From positions 1-64,000 of the IMG/VR virus record IMGVR_UViG_3300020180_000014: a stretch of 64,000 nt of DNA. One strand, 5' to 3'. Shown piece after piece: positions 19,029 to 27,744 of this stretch. This DNA is from a virus. The notes beneath the pieces were generated by a model. The model saw nothing but the letters and a program-made list of their open reading frames with translations. It was not told the origin of the DNA and made no database searches. Each line of letters starts with the position of its first letter. Position 1 is the stretch's first letter. The position numbers and the translations under genes are program-made.

Positions 19029-20830
19029 TGTTCGTGGCTAAACGTTCACGTGCGTTCGGTGCGTCAGACCCGACACAGATTTTCGCGACGCGTGCGGAAT
19101 ACAACCCAGTGCCGGTGGCACCTTCGCGCGTCGATGCGTTTCTTCTTCCAGCGGTGACTGCGCAGCTCTATAAAGTTGCGACGCCGACGCTCGGTCCGTT
19201 GATCTGTCAACGACCAGGCTACACGTGGATCGAAGCAGCTGCTGGAGTGCCCGGTCACTGGGAACGTCAAAGGGCAGGCTCAACGGGCGAGGGTCTTCCA
19301 GGTCCCGCTGATCCGGTGACCGGTGCGTGCGGCACCAGCGAAATACGTGTTCACACGTCGGGCTCGGTACCCGGTACTACGGTGACGGCGACGAACACAC
19401 TTCGCACACTGCATTTTCAGTTCGTGCAGGTGCTCAGCGCGTTTCTTCAAGAGCTGAACACGATCAACAAGCAGCTGACGACACTGCTACCTGCATGTTC
19501 TGAAGAGCTGCAGCTCACGAAGACGCCGTGGGTAACAAACCTCAACTCGCGCGGACCAGCAGGCAAGATGGGCTGGGCGTACGACCAGTATCACAGCCCA
19601 CAAGCCGTCGCTGCGTGGGCTGATGCGCGTGAGATGTCCGGCGGGATTAGCAATCCCGCGCTCTGGCAGCGCTCGATGATCCCCGGCACCTTCGGCATCT
19701 TCGGTGTTCCGTTCGCGTTCACAGAACGGAACGAAGCGGTCTATCAGAAGACCTTCACGCCGTCGGTGAATCAGCGCTGGTTGATCGAGTACCAGATCGT
19801 GCTCGCATCCAACAGCGGTGACACGATCGATGACGCCACACGGAAGCTCAAGGTCAGCGACGCGCTCATCAAGCTCAATCAGAAAGGACTGCACTACACG
19901 ACGAACCTGCCAGGGTTCGGCTTGAATCCATCGCCGCCGATGAAAACCGATACGCTCGGCGCGTACCTGGCGAGCGGTGGTTACCTGATCGATCTCGATC
20001 GGACACAGGGCATTCAACCTGCACCGCTCGTCGGAAAATCGATCGGCAAGATCCCCAACGGCCGTCTGGCATGTACGACGTTCTGCAAAGATCCCAGTTC
20101 CGGTCTGCCGTACTGCACCGAAACGATAAATCTCAGCGGCGATGCTGACAACGTCAGCTCCTGGGACATCTACGTCAACATCGGACCCACGTGCACGATC
20201 ACGGCGAAGTACCGCGAGTACGATCCATCGTGGTTCGGTAAAGCGGTCAGTGTCGTTGCAGGCTTCATGGACAAGACGCTCAAGGCGGTTTGTACACCGG
20301 GGACACCGACGAACAGCTATGCGACCAGTGCAACGGGTGCAGCAGCGAGTTCAACGAACCCGTACATGATGGTGTGGGGAAAAACAGGCGGGTACGTACT
20401 GGCGAAGTGCGGTGTCGCGTTCACACCGAAGACGCCGATCACGCCCGTGGAAGCACAGTTGCTGACGCCGCAAGTGTCGCCGCAGCCACTCGCACCGGTC
20501 TCCGCAATCCCGCCGAAGTATCAGGGTTGTCTCTCACGTTTCCACAAGAGCAAGCGCACGTTCTCGGTCTACTGTCCTTTGGACTGGCAACCTACTGGAC
20601 CGGGGTTGGGTGCAGCAGATCTTTTCGGGCAGGTCGTCATACCCGCACCGCCCGCCGGGACGATCAAGGTCGCCAACTTGCCGGTCGCGCCGTCTGAAGC
20701 GCCAAACGTCGGCACCGAAGACGATCCACTCTACGCAAAGTGGTGGTTCTGGACGATCGTCGGCAGTGTTGCGGTTGCAGGCAGTGTCGGTGGCGTTGCA
20801 CTGGTACGGCGACGCCGTCGTACGCGCTAA
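19028..20830 (+). CDS. C-terminally anchored virion membrane protein (family member 1)
   Basis: YQGCLSRFH...FSVYCP...GLG...PLYAKWWFW-TM-RRRRR. Confidence 0.85.
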   Translation: MFVAKRSRAFGASDPTQIFATRAEYNPVPVAPSRVDAFLLPAVTAQLYKVATPTLGPLICQRPGYTWIEAAAGVPGHWERQRAGSTGEGLPGPADPVTGACGTSEIRVHTSGSVPGTTVTATNTLRTLHFQFVQVLSAFLQELNTINKQLTTLLPACSEELQLTKTPWVTNLNSRGPAGKMGWAYDQYHSPQAVAAWADAREMSGGISNPALWQRSMIPGTFGIFGVPFAFTERNEAVYQKTFTPSVNQRWLIEYQIVLASNSGDTIDDATRKLKVSDALIKLNQKGLHYTTNLPGFGLNPSPPMKTDTLGAYLASGGYLIDLDRTQGIQPAPLVGKSIGKIPNGRLACTTFCKDPSSGLPYCTETINLSGDADNVSSWDIYVNIGPTCTITAKYREYDPSWFGKAVSVVAGFMDKTLKAVCTPGTPTNSYATSATGAAASSTNPYMMVWGKTGGYVLAKCGVAFTPKTPITPVEAQLLTPQVSPQPLAPVSAIPPKYQGCLSRFHKSKRTFSVYCPLDWQPTGPGLGAADLFGQVVIPAPPAGTIKVANLPVAPSEAPNVGTEDDPLYAKWWFWTIVGSVAVAGSVGGVALVRRRRRTR

Positions 20831-21156
20831 GTGATCTTGTCGATGCGCGCGACGATGCCTTCGAGATCTTCGATCGTCGTCAGCAGATCGAGGTAGTCGT
20901 CGCCGTCGATCGCAGCACCGCTCGCGTTAGCCAGACGTGCCGCGAAGCGCAGCTCGTCAAGGGCCGCGTGTAGGTTGCGCGGCGAGAAATCGTTCGACAT
21001 GAGCCGGTAGCACGGGCTGTTTTGGCCACCGTGCCACTGCTCGCAGATCTCAACTGCGTCAGCGAGGTCGCCGTCCCATACACGTGCGACCGCCCGGGTC
21101 TCGACGTTCTTGTAGACCAGGTAGCCGTTCTTGTCTTGGCTGTACCGGATCGACAC
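20827..21156 (-). CDS. hypothetical protein
   Basis: QWHGGQNSPCY motif, typical codons. Confidence 0.65.
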   Translation of the reverse strand: MSIRYSQDKNGYLVYKNVETRAVARVWDGDLADAVEICEQWHGGQNSPCYRLMSNDFSPRNLHAALDELRFAARLANASGAAIDGDDYLDLLTTIEDLEGIVARIDKIT

Positions 21157-21160
21157 AGCG

Positions 21161-21469
21161 TTAGAACGGAATGTAATCGGGTTGGCGCCGTGCGCGGTTC
21201 ACTGCTCGACGCTGTTTCGCCGTGGTCGGCTTACCTTTTCGTTTGCGTCGAACAGGTCCCTTGTGCGGCTTGCGTGCTGAGCCGCAGTAGTTTGCGCCTT
21301 TGCACAACGTAAAATGCAGATCTTCGTGACCCTGACGTTGGAGCGCACGCAGTTTCTTCTTGGCGCTTTGCAACCTGGTTGCACAGACTTCCTTGAAGTG
21401 CTGTTCGCCGACGATTTCGTCACGTGAACCGTAACGGGGGACGCTGCCCCAAATGCAATACTTTGCCAT
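21161..21469 (-). CDS. basic Cys-containing protein
   Basis: RBS AGGAGG; K/R-rich C-terminus. Confidence 0.7.
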   Translation of the reverse strand: MAKYCIWGSVPRYGSRDEIVGEQHFKEVCATRLQSAKKKLRALQRQGHEDLHFTLCKGANYCGSARKPHKGPVRRKRKGKPTTAKQRRAVNRARRQPDYIPF

Positions 21470-21478
21470 GACGACCTC

Positions 21479-22282
21479 CTACGCGACGAAGTCCTGATGC
21501 TTGCCGTTCGGTGCTTCGCGACCGAACATGTTGCCCGGCAGCGTCGTGTCGAGCGGCACCCAACGTTGCGGGCGCGTCTTCGGTAGACCCGCGAGCCCGT
21601 AGATGTGTGCCCAGTCGGACGACTTCGACGGTGCCGTGATCCGGAACTTCGCTGGGATGCCGTTGAGTGCGAGCAGTGTCGACGTCACGATGGTGTGACC
21701 GTCGCAGTCTTCGCCGCCGAACTCGACGGTGCGCTTCGCGGTCTGGAACAGGTCGACACCTTCGACGTCACCGCCGGGCATCTTGATGGGTGCGACGTCA
21801 CCCGTGTACCGGATGTTCTGCTTCGTCCAGTTATAGACGGCTTCCGACTCACAGAGTCCGTCGCGCGCGGGACAGTTCGCACCCTTCACGCGGAACTTGC
21901 GCTTGCCGACGGTGACATCACGCGTGCCATTGCCCGTGACAGCAAGGGCAAGCTCGCGCATCTGCGGATCCTGGACACCCTTCCACACCAGATCCTGCAG
22001 GATGCCGACGCGCTGCTCGATCGGCATCTCCGGATCGTAGTGGTGGGTGAGCGTCATCCCACCCTTGGACACGCGAGCCTGTACGCGACCGAGCGTGTCG
22101 CGCAACGTGGCCGTACGACGCTTCGCAGCGATGCCGTACGCGATCGCGCCACCGATGACGGCGAGACCACCGACAATCATCGCAGCGACAGCGATCTTCT
22201 CGGGCTGGGTGGTCCTGAGGCCTTCGGCGGAAGCACCAAGGCCGTTTCCGGCACGTTTACGCACAAGGGCGTGACTGCGCAT
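21479..22282 (-). CDS. membrane-anchored transglutaminase-like cysteine protease (candidate maturation protease)
   Basis: GEDCDGH (Cys), WAHIY (His), WVPLDTT (Asp) triad; IRYTGD; N-terminal TM. Confidence 0.85.
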   Translation of the reverse strand: MRSHALVRKRAGNGLGASAEGLRTTQPEKIAVAAMIVGGLAVIGGAIAYGIAAKRRTATLRDTLGRVQARVSKGGMTLTHHYDPEMPIEQRVGILQDLVWKGVQDPQMRELALAVTGNGTRDVTVGKRKFRVKGANCPARDGLCESEAVYNWTKQNIRYTGDVAPIKMPGGDVEGVDLFQTAKRTVEFGGEDCDGHTIVTSTLLALNGIPAKFRITAPSKSSDWAHIYGLAGLPKTRPQRWVPLDTTLPGNMFGREAPNGKHQDFVA

Positions 22283-22300
22283 GCTTGAAAACTAACACAA

Positions 22301-22316
22301 GATCGCGCACGCGATC
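22301..22316. promoter_or_regulatory. GATCGC-N4-GCGATC palindrome
   Basis: flanked by TAGTTT-6 nt-ATG on the - strand and TAGACT on the + strand. Confidence 0.65.
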
Positions 22317-22331
22317 GACCTAGACTAGCGT

Positions 22332-22361
22332 TTGACAACGCGCGCTTGCGCCGAGTAGCTT
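22332..22361 (+). promoter_or_regulatory. sigma70-like promoter
   Basis: TTGACA-18-TAGCTT; palindrome at 22373-22388 just downstream. Confidence 0.55.
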
Positions 22362-22401
22362 GAAGACGTACCGATCGCTCTTGCGATCGCCCGGAGCCAA
22401 C

Positions 22402-23094
22402 ATGCTTTTCACGCAGCACAACGGTCTCGCTCAAGCAGTGGGTGACGACAACATCAGCCAGCTGCAGGAACTTGCATGCGGCCTCGGTCCGCAGGTCGAC
22501 GGCCTCATCGCCAGCGTCGTGCAGCCACAGTCGATGGGCGCGTTCAGCACGCAGGGTGCGATGAACGCGTGCATGATGCGCAGCCAGCAAGCTGAACAGC
22601 ATCAGCCAACGACGACCACGCAGCGCGGTTTCGGTAACGCGATGGGGGTGAACGCGGCGCTCATCAAGGCCGTGTCGATGCCGTTCACCGAGATGAAGCT
22701 GATGACGGCCATGATGCCGCAGCAGGCTGCAGCGCCGTCGTACATCGACCCGAACACCAATCCGTACGGTCCCGAGACGCCGTTGCCGACGACGACGTCG
22801 TATCCGGCGGGAACGATCACGGCGTTCAGCTCGAAGACGAACATGTGGCGCGTCGCCGTTCCGACGGTCGCAGCTGGGCTCGGGATGTTCGGCGCCGCTG
22901 CAGCGTTCACTGAGATCGCCGCAGTCGCGTCACCGCCACCAGGCGCGACGCAGGTGAGCGAGTCGCAGCTGGAAAAGCAGACCAACCAGCTGCCGATCTG
23001 GAAGAAGTGGCAGTTCTGGGCGGCGATCGGTGGCGGCGTCGTGGTCGTGGGCACGGGCACTGCGCTGCTGTTCCGGCGCAAGCGCGCGGCGTAA
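22402..23094 (+). CDS. C-terminally anchored virion membrane protein (family member 2)
   Basis: YPAGTITAFS...WRVAVP...GLG...PIWKKWQFW-TM-RRKR. Confidence 0.85.
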   Translation: MLFTQHNGLAQAVGDDNISQLQELACGLGPQVDGLIASVVQPQSMGAFSTQGAMNACMMRSQQAEQHQPTTTTQRGFGNAMGVNAALIKAVSMPFTEMKLMTAMMPQQAAAPSYIDPNTNPYGPETPLPTTTSYPAGTITAFSSKTNMWRVAVPTVAAGLGMFGAAAAFTEIAAVASPPPGATQVSESQLEKQTNQLPIWKKWQFWAAIGGGVVVVGTGTALLFRRKRAA

Positions 23095-23114
23095 GCTCAA
23101 CCCGAGCTGCTCGT

Positions 23115-23144
23115 TTGACAAGGTAGGTAGCAACCGCGTAGTTT
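23115..23144 (+). promoter_or_regulatory. sigma70-like promoter
   Basis: TTGACA-18-TAGTTT; palindrome at 23155-23170 just downstream. Confidence 0.55.
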
Positions 23145-23192
23145 TGAGGGGTTCGATCGCTCACGCGATCGCCCTTCAAGGAGCCCACGCGG

Positions 23193-24113
23193 ATGCTGAC
23201 CACCCAGTACAACGGCACGAACGGTTTTGGTGGGCAGCTAGGCGCCCTCGTGTCGAGCGCTGCCACTGCCGATCTGCAGAAGTATCTCGCGAGCATCGGC
23301 AAGCTCGGGCAGTCCAACGTCACGGGTGTGATGAACGACGCCACGATGGCCGTCATCTACAACATGCTCGTGCAGTCAGCGGCGACCGTCGGGAAGATCC
23401 CGCTGTTGCCGCAGAATATCCGCGACGGCATCACCAAGGTGACGAGCGCGCTCAAGTCGGCCGACGACAAGATTCGTAGCGTCTCGTTCGGGCAGGCGTC
23501 ACTGTCGTCGGTGTTCGGCAACTGGGCCACGATCAACGCGGCGGTGCGGCTCATCAGCAGCTCAGCTGCTGATGCAATGGCGTCTGCGCGCGAGAGTGTC
23601 TACAACGCCGTCGCGGGCTACGCGAGTACGGTGCTCGCAGCGGTGAAGGTCTTCTTCCCGCCTGCATCGACAGCGGGTGCCACGCAGCCGAACGCTCAGA
23701 TGCTGACGGCACTGCTTCAACCGGTTCAGGCGTACTTCTCGACGTCGACGACGCCGTCGAGCACGCAGTCGTACCCGACGGGAACGATCTACGCGTTCAG
23801 CTCGAAGATGGGCCGGTACCGCATCGCGATCCCGAAGATCTTCGGTGGCGGTCTCGGCATCCAACAGGACGGCGTGTTCGGCGACTGCGTGTTCGGTGAC
23901 TGCGGTCTGGGCGCCGCCGCGACGATGACCGAGGTTGCACCGTCGACGACGCCACCTGCAGGTGGAATCCCGACGACGGAGACCGAGCTGGAGAAGCGCA
24001 CCGGGACGTTGCCGATCTACAAGCGGTGGGAGTTCTGGGCGGCGGTCGGCGGCGGTGTCGCAGTGATCGGTACAGGCACGGCGCTGCTCATGCGGCGTAA
24101 GAAGGTGGCGTAA
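23193..24113 (+). CDS. C-terminally anchored virion membrane protein (family member 3)
   Basis: YPTGTIYAFS...YRIAIP...GLG...PIYKRWEFW-TM-RRKK; RBS AAGGAG. Confidence 0.85.
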   Translation: MLTTQYNGTNGFGGQLGALVSSAATADLQKYLASIGKLGQSNVTGVMNDATMAVIYNMLVQSAATVGKIPLLPQNIRDGITKVTSALKSADDKIRSVSFGQASLSSVFGNWATINAAVRLISSSAADAMASARESVYNAVAGYASTVLAAVKVFFPPASTAGATQPNAQMLTALLQPVQAYFSTSTTPSSTQSYPTGTIYAFSSKMGRYRIAIPKIFGGGLGIQQDGVFGDCVFGDCGLGAAATMTEVAPSTTPPAGGIPTTETELEKRTGTLPIYKRWEFWAAVGGGVAVIGTGTALLMRRKKVA

Positions 24114-25432
24114 TGCTGCAAGCGACGATGACACGTGACGCTGGAGTGGCACCGGCAGAACCGACGCCGCCGCCACCGTCGAACAACATGATCCTGTATC
24201 AGCAGGCGTTCACGAAGATGCCAACGTCGACACCGACGACGCCAGCACCGTCGAAGAGTGCACCGTTCGTCGAAGGTCGGCTCGTGAAGCAGGTGCTCAC
24301 GCTGCCGTACGCGTGCTCGAACAATGTCTGCACGGCATCCGGTCAGCTCGGCTTCACGTTCCAGACGCTGCAGTCGCTGATCAACATGGCGAACAAGAAG
24401 CTCGGCAACGCAGCGATCGCCGTCGATGGCAAGATCGATGCGCGGACGCTCGCTGCGTACCTGCCGATCTCGCGCGCCGTCGGTGGCGTGCTCGCGATCT
24501 TCGATTTCACGCCGACGCCCGACTACCTCGCGAAGAACGCCGACGCGTTTGCGCGTGCGATCGCACTGTGGCTCGGCATGACGTGGGTCGAAGCGACTGC
24601 TGATGTCCCCGGACACTGGGAGCGTCTGCGTGCAGGCGCAACGACGGCGAATCTACCGACGATGCCGGTTGCGCAGCCGCAGCCCGGCTACAGCGTGGAA
24701 CCGCAGCGGGAGCCGCAGCCGCAGCCGCAGCCGCAGCCGCAGCCGCAACCGCAGCCGCAACCGCAGCCGCAGACGACGATGGTCATGTACGTGTGCCCTG
24801 ACGGTACGCGCGTCTCGGATCTGTCGGCGTGTCCGAAGCCGCAAGCACAACCCGTGGTGCTGCCACCGCAGCCAACACCCGTGCAGCCAGTGATCACGTT
24901 GCCCCCGCCGACATCTCTGGCGGTGTTGCCGCCATCGTGGCAGCCCGCGACGCGGGACGCGGCGACGACCGCACCGACGATCGGACGTTTCCAAGGCTGC
25001 ATCGCGCGCTTCAATCGTACGCGCAAGGTGTTCTCGATCTACTGCCCTGTCGGATCAGCGGCGGCGATGCCGGGACTCGGCACGATCGATCAGGAGTACT
25101 TCCGCTGCTTGCGCGGCAACTGTACCGGTCTCGGTGCCGACGAAGTTACGCCCGCAGTGCCGGAAGGTTTCGTCAAGGCTGCTGAAGTCACGACGTTGCC
25201 TCGTGCAGGCGAGGTCCAAGCCGGTGAGGAGCGCGACCGGTTCTTCCGTCTCGGGAACCCGCTCATGTGGGCGGCGATCGCAGGTGCAGCGACGGTGGTT
25301 GGTGGTGGCAGCTACATGCTGTACCGCCGCAAGCAGCACACCAGCGGATTCGGTGCGCTTCGGTGCCCCGAAGGACAGGTTTGGAGCAAATCGTATGGCG
25401 GTTGCCTCCAACGAGGAAAGCGCGGGCACTGA
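24113..25432 (+). CDS. C-terminally anchored virion membrane protein (family member 4) with PQ linker
   Basis: FQGCIARFN...FSIYCP...GLG...NPLMWAAIAG-TM-RRK. Confidence 0.85.
   Translation: MLQATMTRDAGVAPAEPTPPPPSNNMILYQQAFTKMPTSTPTTPAPSKSAPFVEGRLVKQVLTLPYACSNNVCTASGQLGFTFQTLQSLINMANKKLGNAAIAVDGKIDARTLAAYLPISRAVGGVLAIFDFTPTPDYLAKNADAFARAIALWLGMTWVEATADVPGHWERLRAGATTANLPTMPVAQPQPGYSVEPQREPQPQPQPQPQPQPQPQPQPQTTMVMYVCPDGTRVSDLSACPKPQAQPVVLPPQPTPVQPVITLPPPTSLAVLPPSWQPATRDAATTAPTIGRFQGCIARFNRTRKVFSIYCPVGSAAAMPGLGTIDQEYFRCLRGNCTGLGADEVTPAVPEGFVKAAEVTTLPRAGEVQAGEERDRFFRLGNPLMWAAIAGAATVVGGGSYMLYRRKQHTSGFGALRCPEGQVWSKSYGGCLQRGKRGH
24713..24772 (+). repeat. (CCGCAR)x10 hexamer tandem repeat encoding a PQ linker
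   Basis: direct reading. Confidence 0.9.
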
Positions 25433-25626
25433 TGCTCGCGTTGCATCACGAACCGGCGCTGCAGGGTTGTGCCTGCCACAGGCCGCAACCGCAGCTCGGT
25501 GACGCATCCAGCAAGAAGGCTGCGTGGATTGGTGCAATCGGGCTCGGGCTATCAGCCGCGCTCATGGTCGCGCTGGGCTTCCACAAGCCTGCGCCTCGAC
25601 GGGCCAGTCGCCGTCGACGCACGTAG
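25432..25626 (+). CDS. small membrane protein with basic tail
   Basis: TGATG coupling; QLG-DA motif, TM, RRASRRRR. Confidence 0.65.
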   Translation: MLALHHEPALQGCACHRPQPQLGDASSKKAAWIGAIGLGLSAALMVALGFHKPAPRRASRRRRT

Positions 25627-25664
25627 ACGATCGCTCGCGCGATCCATGGTAGAGTTTGGGTCGC

Positions 25665-26189
25665 ATGCTCACGGCGACTCGCGGCACAGTCTCGTTCGTT
25701 CAAAGCGTCGGTGTGGCGCCGTCGACGACGACGATGAACATTCCCGGTCCTGCAGGCCTGGGCGGTGCGCCTGGTCCCGCGCTCGTGGCCCCCAACAAGC
25801 CGAGGTTCTACGTGCCCTACGCATCGATCGAAGATCTCCGTTCCGCCCAGATCGCCCAAGCTGGGCTCGGCATCATCAACGAAGGTGATGCGTGGCTGAC
25901 CGGTCGGCCGTACGGTTTGCCAGGCACGACAGCGATCACGCTCACGCAGCGGCCCGGCGGGTATCACAGTCCGCAGGGTTTCCACTACAACGCGTCGCTG
26001 CGCGGTGCAGGCTTCGGTGACACCGACAGCATCGCGTTGCAGCTCGCAGCGCTCGTCGAGCAGCAGAAGGCGCAGGAAGCGTCGCTGAAGCGTATCGCGT
26101 TCTGGCAAGCGCTCAGCGGTGGCCTCGCGGTCGGTGCAGTGGCGCTCAGCGCGACGTTCGGTGTGCTCACGTACATGCGGAGCCGTTGA
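25665..26189 (+). CDS. C-terminally anchored membrane protein
   Basis: AGLG, AGLG, AGFG-D motifs, short coiled coil, TM. Confidence 0.75.
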   Translation: MLTATRGTVSFVQSVGVAPSTTTMNIPGPAGLGGAPGPALVAPNKPRFYVPYASIEDLRSAQIAQAGLGIINEGDAWLTGRPYGLPGTTAITLTQRPGGYHSPQGFHYNASLRGAGFGDTDSIALQLAALVEQQKAQEASLKRIAFWQALSGGLAVGAVALSATFGVLTYMRSR

Positions 26190-26191
26190 AC

Positions 26192-26644
26192 ATGGTGGTC
26201 AACGAAATCCAGCGGACGATCAATGGCCTCGGTCAACCACCTGGCCGCACCACGAACACGATCATTCCGTACGGCAGCTGGATGCCATTCCAGCCTGGTG
26301 CGATTGCACGTCGTCCCGGATTCGGCGACGTGCCGAATGACTTCGAGGCGTCGGTCGACCTGCAGTACATCCCCGTGCGCCAAGCCTGGTACTACGGTCA
26401 GCCGGTTGACGGTCGCGGCTACCCGGACGCGGGCTTGCCGAGGCGCGGACTCGGGCGCCATCTCGGTGACGCGGCGTCGGAGCAGGCGCTTCAGCAGCTC
26501 GCCAAGACCGAGCGTCTGCAGACGATTCTGCAGGTGGTCTCGACGCTGTCAATCGCGACGGTCGCGACACTTGCCGTGATCAAGGCAGTTCGCGCACGTC
26601 GAGGTGGCGGTCACACGCCACTGTTCGGCGACGACGACGAGTAG
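26192..26644 (+). CDS. C-terminally anchored membrane protein
   Basis: NGLG, PGFG-D, RGLG, HLG-DA motifs, TM. Confidence 0.75.
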   Translation: MVVNEIQRTINGLGQPPGRTTNTIIPYGSWMPFQPGAIARRPGFGDVPNDFEASVDLQYIPVRQAWYYGQPVDGRGYPDAGLPRRGLGRHLGDAASEQALQQLAKTERLQTILQVVSTLSIATVATLAVIKAVRARRGGGHTPLFGDDDE

Positions 26645-26673
26645 TGCACATGGTGTAGGCTGCAGCCTGCGCT

Positions 26674-27132
26674 ATGGCACGCACGCTCTGTAACCCGCCC
26701 GTCGAGGCCAGCTTGGTCGCGCCGCGACTGTATGTCGGTTCCCGTCCGCGTCCCGGCCGTTACCGCTGGTTCAACATGGTGGTGCTCTGTGCAAAGGAGT
26801 ACCAGCCGCCGAGTTTCGGGTTTCCAGGCATGAACGTGATCCGGATCCCGCTCGTCGACGACTTCGTGCACCCGCTGTCGATTGTCGACCAAGCGCTTGT
26901 CGTCTCGAACGCACGTACGATTGCACGCTACCTCGAAGGCGGTGCGTGTGTGCTCTCGACGTGCTGGCAAGGTTGGAATCGCTCGGCGCTTGTAGCTGCG
27001 ATCGCGATGCAGATCGCGTTCGATATGAGCGCCGACAACGCGATCACACAGATTCGCGAGACACGGTCACCGAACGCGCTTGGGAATCCACGGTTCGAAC
27101 GGTTCGTGCGCGACTTCGAGAAGACGCGCTAG
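26674..27132 (+). CDS. dual-specificity protein phosphatase
   Basis: LYVGS, RIPLVDD (acid loop), CWQGWNRS (CX5R), AI..IR..R...L.N..F. Confidence 0.85.
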   Translation: MARTLCNPPVEASLVAPRLYVGSRPRPGRYRWFNMVVLCAKEYQPPSFGFPGMNVIRIPLVDDFVHPLSIVDQALVVSNARTIARYLEGGACVLSTCWQGWNRSALVAAIAMQIAFDMSADNAITQIRETRSPNALGNPRFERFVRDFEKTR

Positions 27133-27686
27133 CAGCCGCGTGCGATGCGTACGATCTTTGTGCCGCGCGACGTGTCGACCATTGACGCTGCTTCGGACTT
27201 GTTCCGCGCTTCGATGCACAACGCCGTTGGCGTCTTGAAGTGCCGCGACCGTACGGTCACGCGGTAGCGTGTGCCAAGACGGCCACGGCCAGCGAGTCGA
27301 CCACGGAGCTTCTTGAACTCGGCGGTGTTCTGATCGAGATCGATCACGTCGCCGGTCTCCGGATCGACGAAGTAGGCGGGCTGACGCTCTTTCGACGGTC
27401 GCTTGTGGCCGCGTCGTTTGCCAGCGAGTGACTTCTTGTGGCGGCTCGGACGACGACGTTCGACTGCCGTGTAGAGGATCAGGAACAGCGACACGAACGT
27501 CGAGCTGAGCAAGGCACCCGTGACCAGTCGCTTGTCACGGACGCCTGCGATCGCGAGGCCGGGCATCATCAGCGCCGAGCGCAGCATCCAGTGGCCGATG
27601 ACCTTCGGCACCGCCCCCGGTTCGCCGTTGAACATGCCACAGACGGACGCCGAGGATGGGGCAGTAGGACAGCTGCGGATCGCCAC
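27129..27686 (-). CDS. membrane protein with basic C-terminal domain
   Basis: two hydrophobic segments followed by a K/R-rich region; TACGTT lies 6 nt before the GTG. Confidence 0.65.
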   Translation of the reverse strand: MAIRSCPTAPSSASVCGMFNGEPGAVPKVIGHWMLRSALMMPGLAIAGVRDKRLVTGALLSSTFVSLFLILYTAVERRRPSRHKKSLAGKRRGHKRPSKERQPAYFVDPETGDVIDLDQNTAEFKKLRGRLAGRGRLGTRYRVTVRSRHFKTPTALCIEARNKSEAASMVDTSRGTKIVRIARGC

Positions 27687-27744
27687 GGAGTGAACGTACC
27701 ACGCTGTCCTACTGCCCTACCAGATCGCGTGCGCGATCGCCCGA

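Noticed and set aside
24713-24772. phase-variable simple sequence repeat
   Set aside because: hexamer unit keeps the reading frame; only linker length would vary
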